Positions 32,153-35,894 of a stretch of 35,894 bases of DNA are shown here, piece after piece. The notes below the pieces were generated by a model, which made no database searches, was not told where the DNA came from, and was given only the letters and a program-made list of their open reading frames with translations. The translations under genes and the position numbers were made by a program. Numbering within the stretch: the first letter of the stretch is position 1; every line of letters begins with the position of its first letter. This stretch comes from Octopus bimaculoides (Eukaryota): positions 2,976,427 to 3,012,320 of the forward strand of contig NC_069008.1 in the NCBI RefSeq assembly GCF_001194135.2, written 5' to 3'.

Positions 32153-33495
32153 ACCGCATGCTTTATTTTATGTGTATGTGTGCGTGTGTACATGTTATGT
32201 AAAACGATTTTTAAAAAAATACGTTATTCAAGGGGAGACAACTCAATTTCTATCCCCATTCATAAATCTAGTTACATTAAATATATGGAGAGAAATCTCT
32301 CAGAACATGGTACCCCTGCTACGTGCGTGTGTGCATACCTACACACATGCATTCCAGTGGGGTGAGTTCAAAAAGAAGCTATGTCCGGCCACACAGAATA
32401 AAATGTTCATGGCGTGAGAAATATTGAAAAACACTAATACATGTCAGAGTGACAAAGAAACGAGGTTCCAGAAACGAGGATGGTATCAGGTGGTCTTGAA
32501 ATGAGCTAGAAATAACGGCTAAATTGCCTTTAAATAACACACACACACAAACGTTTTCTGAAAATTCCAATAAATAAAATAAAGTTACAAGGGTTTTATA
32601 TATATGGGGAGCTTCAACAAGAATTCCGCCTGTATATTTTCATACATGAACACTACATGCGTAATATATTCAGGTAGACGGAAGCTTTTAAAGAATCCAT
32701 CATGTGTGTGTGTCCGAATTTATGTCCCAGACCATCATGTTGGGTAAAAACATAGCGATATAAAAATACCAAACTGAATTAAATAGTGGGGTTGATATGA
32801 TCGACAAAAATTCCTCACATAGGGACACCCAAAATAACTGTAGTTTGATGAGAAACCAGTACAAGCATATTAGACGATAAAATGGGTAGAGACAAGAACT
32901 AGGCCGAGGACGGAGTTTCACCATTATGAAAATGAATCCCTCTTTTCGCCGTCTAATTTGAGAAAAATACTGAATAAGAAATTTAAAATAGCATAGGCAT
33001 GGAACTACGAGGAAGAAGCTTTCTCTGAACCTGTGGACGGTACCTGGCAACGGGGCTCTATGCGTACAACTATATATATATATACACACACGCACAATTA
33101 GAATAGGAATTCGAAGAATCGAACAGTATTCGCAGTGTATGACTACGGAGAAAACAGTTGGGTCGAGGGTAAAAATTAACGTCTTTCCGAAAATCCGAGT
33201 GACAATGGTGAAGGCTATATAATAACCAAATTCATGAGAACTGAGCACTTAGATCATATATACAGGGACTCGAATGAGAAAATGTGTCGCTCAAGAAGGA
33301 CTTCATGTTTTCAGGTTTCATATTTAGATGCTTTTTTATTTCAAAATTTTGTCCATTAAGGCCTTACATAGAGGAGACGAACAAGGACAGACAAACAAAG
33401 AAGCTATTTAGATGCTTTTATTAAATTCATTCAGTTGTTAAACATAAATAAATCTTGGAATTAAATGGTTTTGATTTACTGTCAGGTGACTTTTC

Positions 33496-33530
<35 letters not shown>

Positions 33531-33757
33531 NNNNNNNNNNNNNNNNNNNNNNNNNNNNNNNNNNNNNNNNNNNNNNNNNNNNNNNNNNNNNNNNNNNNNN
33601 NNNNNNNNNNNNNNNNNNNNNNNNNNNNNNNNNNNNNNNNNNNNNNNNNNNNNNNNNNNNNNNNNNNNNNNNNNNNNNNNNNNNNNNNNNNNNNNNNNNN
33701 NNNNNNNNNNNNNNNNNNNNNNNNNNNNNNNNNNNNNNNNNNNNNNNNNNTACTTAC

Positions 33758-33960
33758 TTAAGAGTACGGCGTGTCTCGAGTGGTTTGGTATATATTCTTT
33801 TAACCCGAATTCTCCCTAGTGAATATAACGGTAGACTGTAGATAATAATTCGTTCGTTAATTAACACAGCCAATTATTAATTATGCCCACCAAAGCAGCA
33901 GAATCACAAATGTTAACCAACAAACAAGCGAGATTGAGAAATTTGGAAACACAGCTGAGA
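33758..33960 (-). other. CDC20: Probable non-coding first exon (5' UTR) of Cdc20; 5' boundary approximate
   Basis: Consensus donor TTAA|GTAAGT at 33757; no ATG on the minus strand across this stretch; immediately downstream of the CCAAT/CHR cluster; the first coding exon has an acceptor and so needs an upstream exon. Confidence 0.6.
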
Positions 33961-33986
33961 GAGAAGAATGTTGCTGTAATTGAAAA

Positions 33987-34060
33987 TTCAAAATATACCA
34001 CCTCCTCGTTGATTGGCTGAAAGTTACTACTGTTCTTCAATCTGATTGGTTACCCATTGG
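33987..34060 (-). promoter_or_regulatory. Cell-cycle-type promoter: CHR TTTGAA (33992-33987), CDE-like GGTGG (34002-33998), CCAAT boxes at 34016-34012, 34049-34045 and 34060-34056
   Basis: Motifs read directly from the sequence; the first two CCAAT boxes are 33 bp apart; the arrangement matches known NF-Y/CHR G2/M promoters. Confidence 0.6.
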
Positions 34061-34711
34061 TACACGTTATAATTTTTTTTTTTTTTCGTTAATACAACTT
34101 TTCGGATTTTTTATCGAAAATAAATATCGAAAGGATTTTCTACATTATTAAAATTACAAATTAAAAATTATTTAGTATGTTAATTGCCAAACCGAACAAA
34201 ATTTCGTTGATTTCCGTAAAAAATATTGTTATTTGTCTGGTGACGCTCAAGTCCTTTCGCAATCCCATACACATTGAAAATTTACCTAATTTATTTCATG
34301 AAAAATCCCTACCGTAGGGATATCCTAAAGCAGGTATTAACAAAAAAGTACTTGATGGCCTGATTCCCTTCAGGTATTTACGCATGCTCTAAAATGCATA
34401 GAGTAGTGATTTATACTTTCATATAATTTGTGATTCATATTTTTAATAAGGATGCGGTTAGGGAATTACGATTGCTGTTTATGGTGGAGGTAACAGCCTA
34501 GGGCTTAAAGCTTGGGATTGGAGTCTCATCCGTGAGTAATGACATGGTTCTGTGGTTAAGAAGTTTGTTTGACAATCAGATAGTTTTAAGTTCAATCCCT
34601 CCCTCCAGCATCTTACGTAATTATAACCTTAACCAATAACCAATCAGTACCTGTTGAATGAATTTAGTGAATAAGATCTGTGAGGAAGTCCATCAAGCAC
34701 GCGTACGTTTT

Positions 34712-35022
34712 TATCTTTTTTTTGTTTCAGTCATTTGACTGTGGCCATGCTGAAGCACCACCTCAAAGGATTTTAGTCAAATAAATCAATCCCAGGACCT
34801 TTTTTTTTTTTTTTTTTGTCTGGTAATTATTCTATCAGACCCTTTTTGCCAGACCACTAACTTACGGGGATGTAAGCACACTAACACCGGTTTCATGTGG
34901 TGGAGGTGAACAAACACAAACATAACGACACACACACACATGCACATATGTATATATTCTTCTATTTTTTTATTCTTTTACTTGTTTCAGTCATTTGACT
35001 GTGGCCATGCTGGAGCACCGCC
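34712..35022 (-). mobile_element. Family A 3' half (34712-34940) plus a separate A tail (34972-35022)
   Basis: TGTTTCAGTCATTTGACTGTGGCCATGCTG occurs twice. Confidence 0.8.
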
Positions 35023-35056
35023 TCAGAGAGATTGAGAAATGTATTATTTCTGTTAA

Positions 35057-35390
35057 CTAGCTTCAGCCTGAGAGTTGCAGCCATGCTGGAGCACCGCCAT
35101 TAGCTTTGCTACAATTTCACTAGTATGTGGCATTTGGTGAATGAGGAAGTTTGATGTTGCTGTATTTCTTGGTGGTTCATCTGAATCACATGACAAGAAG
35201 AGATCCAGTTTCATTTTGAAGACACCTACATCCACCCCCATGAAGTTCTCTCAGGCTTTTTCGAGAGGATATTGAAGAGCTACGGGTCCTTGAAACTCAA
35301 GCTGTTGCATTATCTGGTCTTGTATCCTGATGGAAATGTTGAAATTTTTTACGCTATGCAGTGGCATCCCATTCTGCTGTTTGCGTAACC
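35057..35390 (-). pseudogene. CR1/L2-type LINE 3' end (ORF2 C-terminus plus 3' tail), decayed
   Basis: Across frameshifts: ...CNSLSFKDP*LFNILSK-SLRELHG-VDVGVFKMKLDLFLSCDSDEP...ATSNFLIHQM, matching the GPxLFNxLP...FKxKLDxFL...PDEP pattern of CR1-group ORF2 C-termini. Confidence 0.75.
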
Positions 35391-35654
35391 TTCTCCTTCT
35401 TCTTCTTCTTCGCCTTCTTCTTCCTCTACGCCACCTCCTTCTTAACTTTACCACTACTGCTGTTTAGAATAACACCTATGCAAATATTCTAAACAATTCA
35501 TTCAAAAGAGATGTCTAAAGAATTCAATCACTACTACCATCCACAACAGGTCACTTTCAGAGCACTTGACCATTTAGCATCCTACTACTATCATAGCTCT
35601 CCTGCATTCTTCTTCTTCTTCTTCTTCATTTCTTCTTCTCTTCTGTGCCTCCAT

Positions 35655-35884
35655 ATATATATATATGTATGAGTGTGTGTATATGTTAGTGTGTCCCCCC
35701 AACATCGCTTGACAACCGATGCTGGTGTGTTTACGTACCCGTAATTTAGCGGTTCGGCAAAAAATACGATAGAATAAGTACTAGGCTTACAAAGAATAAG
35801 TCCTAGGGGTGATTTGCTCGACTAAAGGCGGTACTCCAGCATGGCCAGTCAAATGACTGAAACCAGTAAAAAAGTAAAGGAGTA
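35655..35884 (+). mobile_element. Family A SINE 3' half
   Basis: GTGTCCCCCCAACATCGCTTGACAACCGATG...GACTGAAACCAGTAAAA. Confidence 0.85.
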
Positions 35885-35894
35885 TATATATATA

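Noticed and set aside
33039-33046. CAG|GTACC possible alternative 5' UTR donor on the minus strand
   Set aside because: Weak donor with no supporting acceptor or promoter motifs; cannot be supported without transcripts.
34090-34115. TATCGAAA twice, resembling the DRE motif TATCGATA
   Set aside because: One mismatch in an 8-mer in very AT-rich DNA; not distinguishable from chance.
35251-35454. Arg-rich 67-aa ORF (MVKLRRRWRRGRRRR...) resembling a protamine
   Set aside because: The Arg run comes from a (CTT)n microsatellite fused to the decayed CR1-type LINE fragment.

Overview
Eukaryotic genomic scaffold: AT-rich, microsatellite-dense, 13 N-gaps. The repeat families look like octopus/cephalopod repeats (inference from recollection, not a database search). 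The only host gene supported is Cdc20/fizzy (APC/C co-activator) on the minus strand. It has eight coding exons between 30264 and 16008, all joining in frame with GT-AG sites; the start of the last exon is lost in a gap. A probable non-coding first exon lies at ~33758-33960, under a promoter with CCAAT boxes 33 bp apart and a CHR (TTTGAA). The rest is mobile DNA: a Tc1 transposase remnant, RTE and CR1-type LINE remnants, TTAA/piggyBac-type MITEs, a 200-bp foldback and several SINE-like families (local labels A-F). The most striking item is family D: a tRNA-headed short element carrying a minimal type I hammerhead ribozyme motif of the Penelope type. It occurs in three copies, with inverted junctions typical of Penelope-like elements. 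Nearly all ORFs in the supplied track are microsatellite or gap artefacts. Coordinates were counted by hand; repeat boundaries are approximate.
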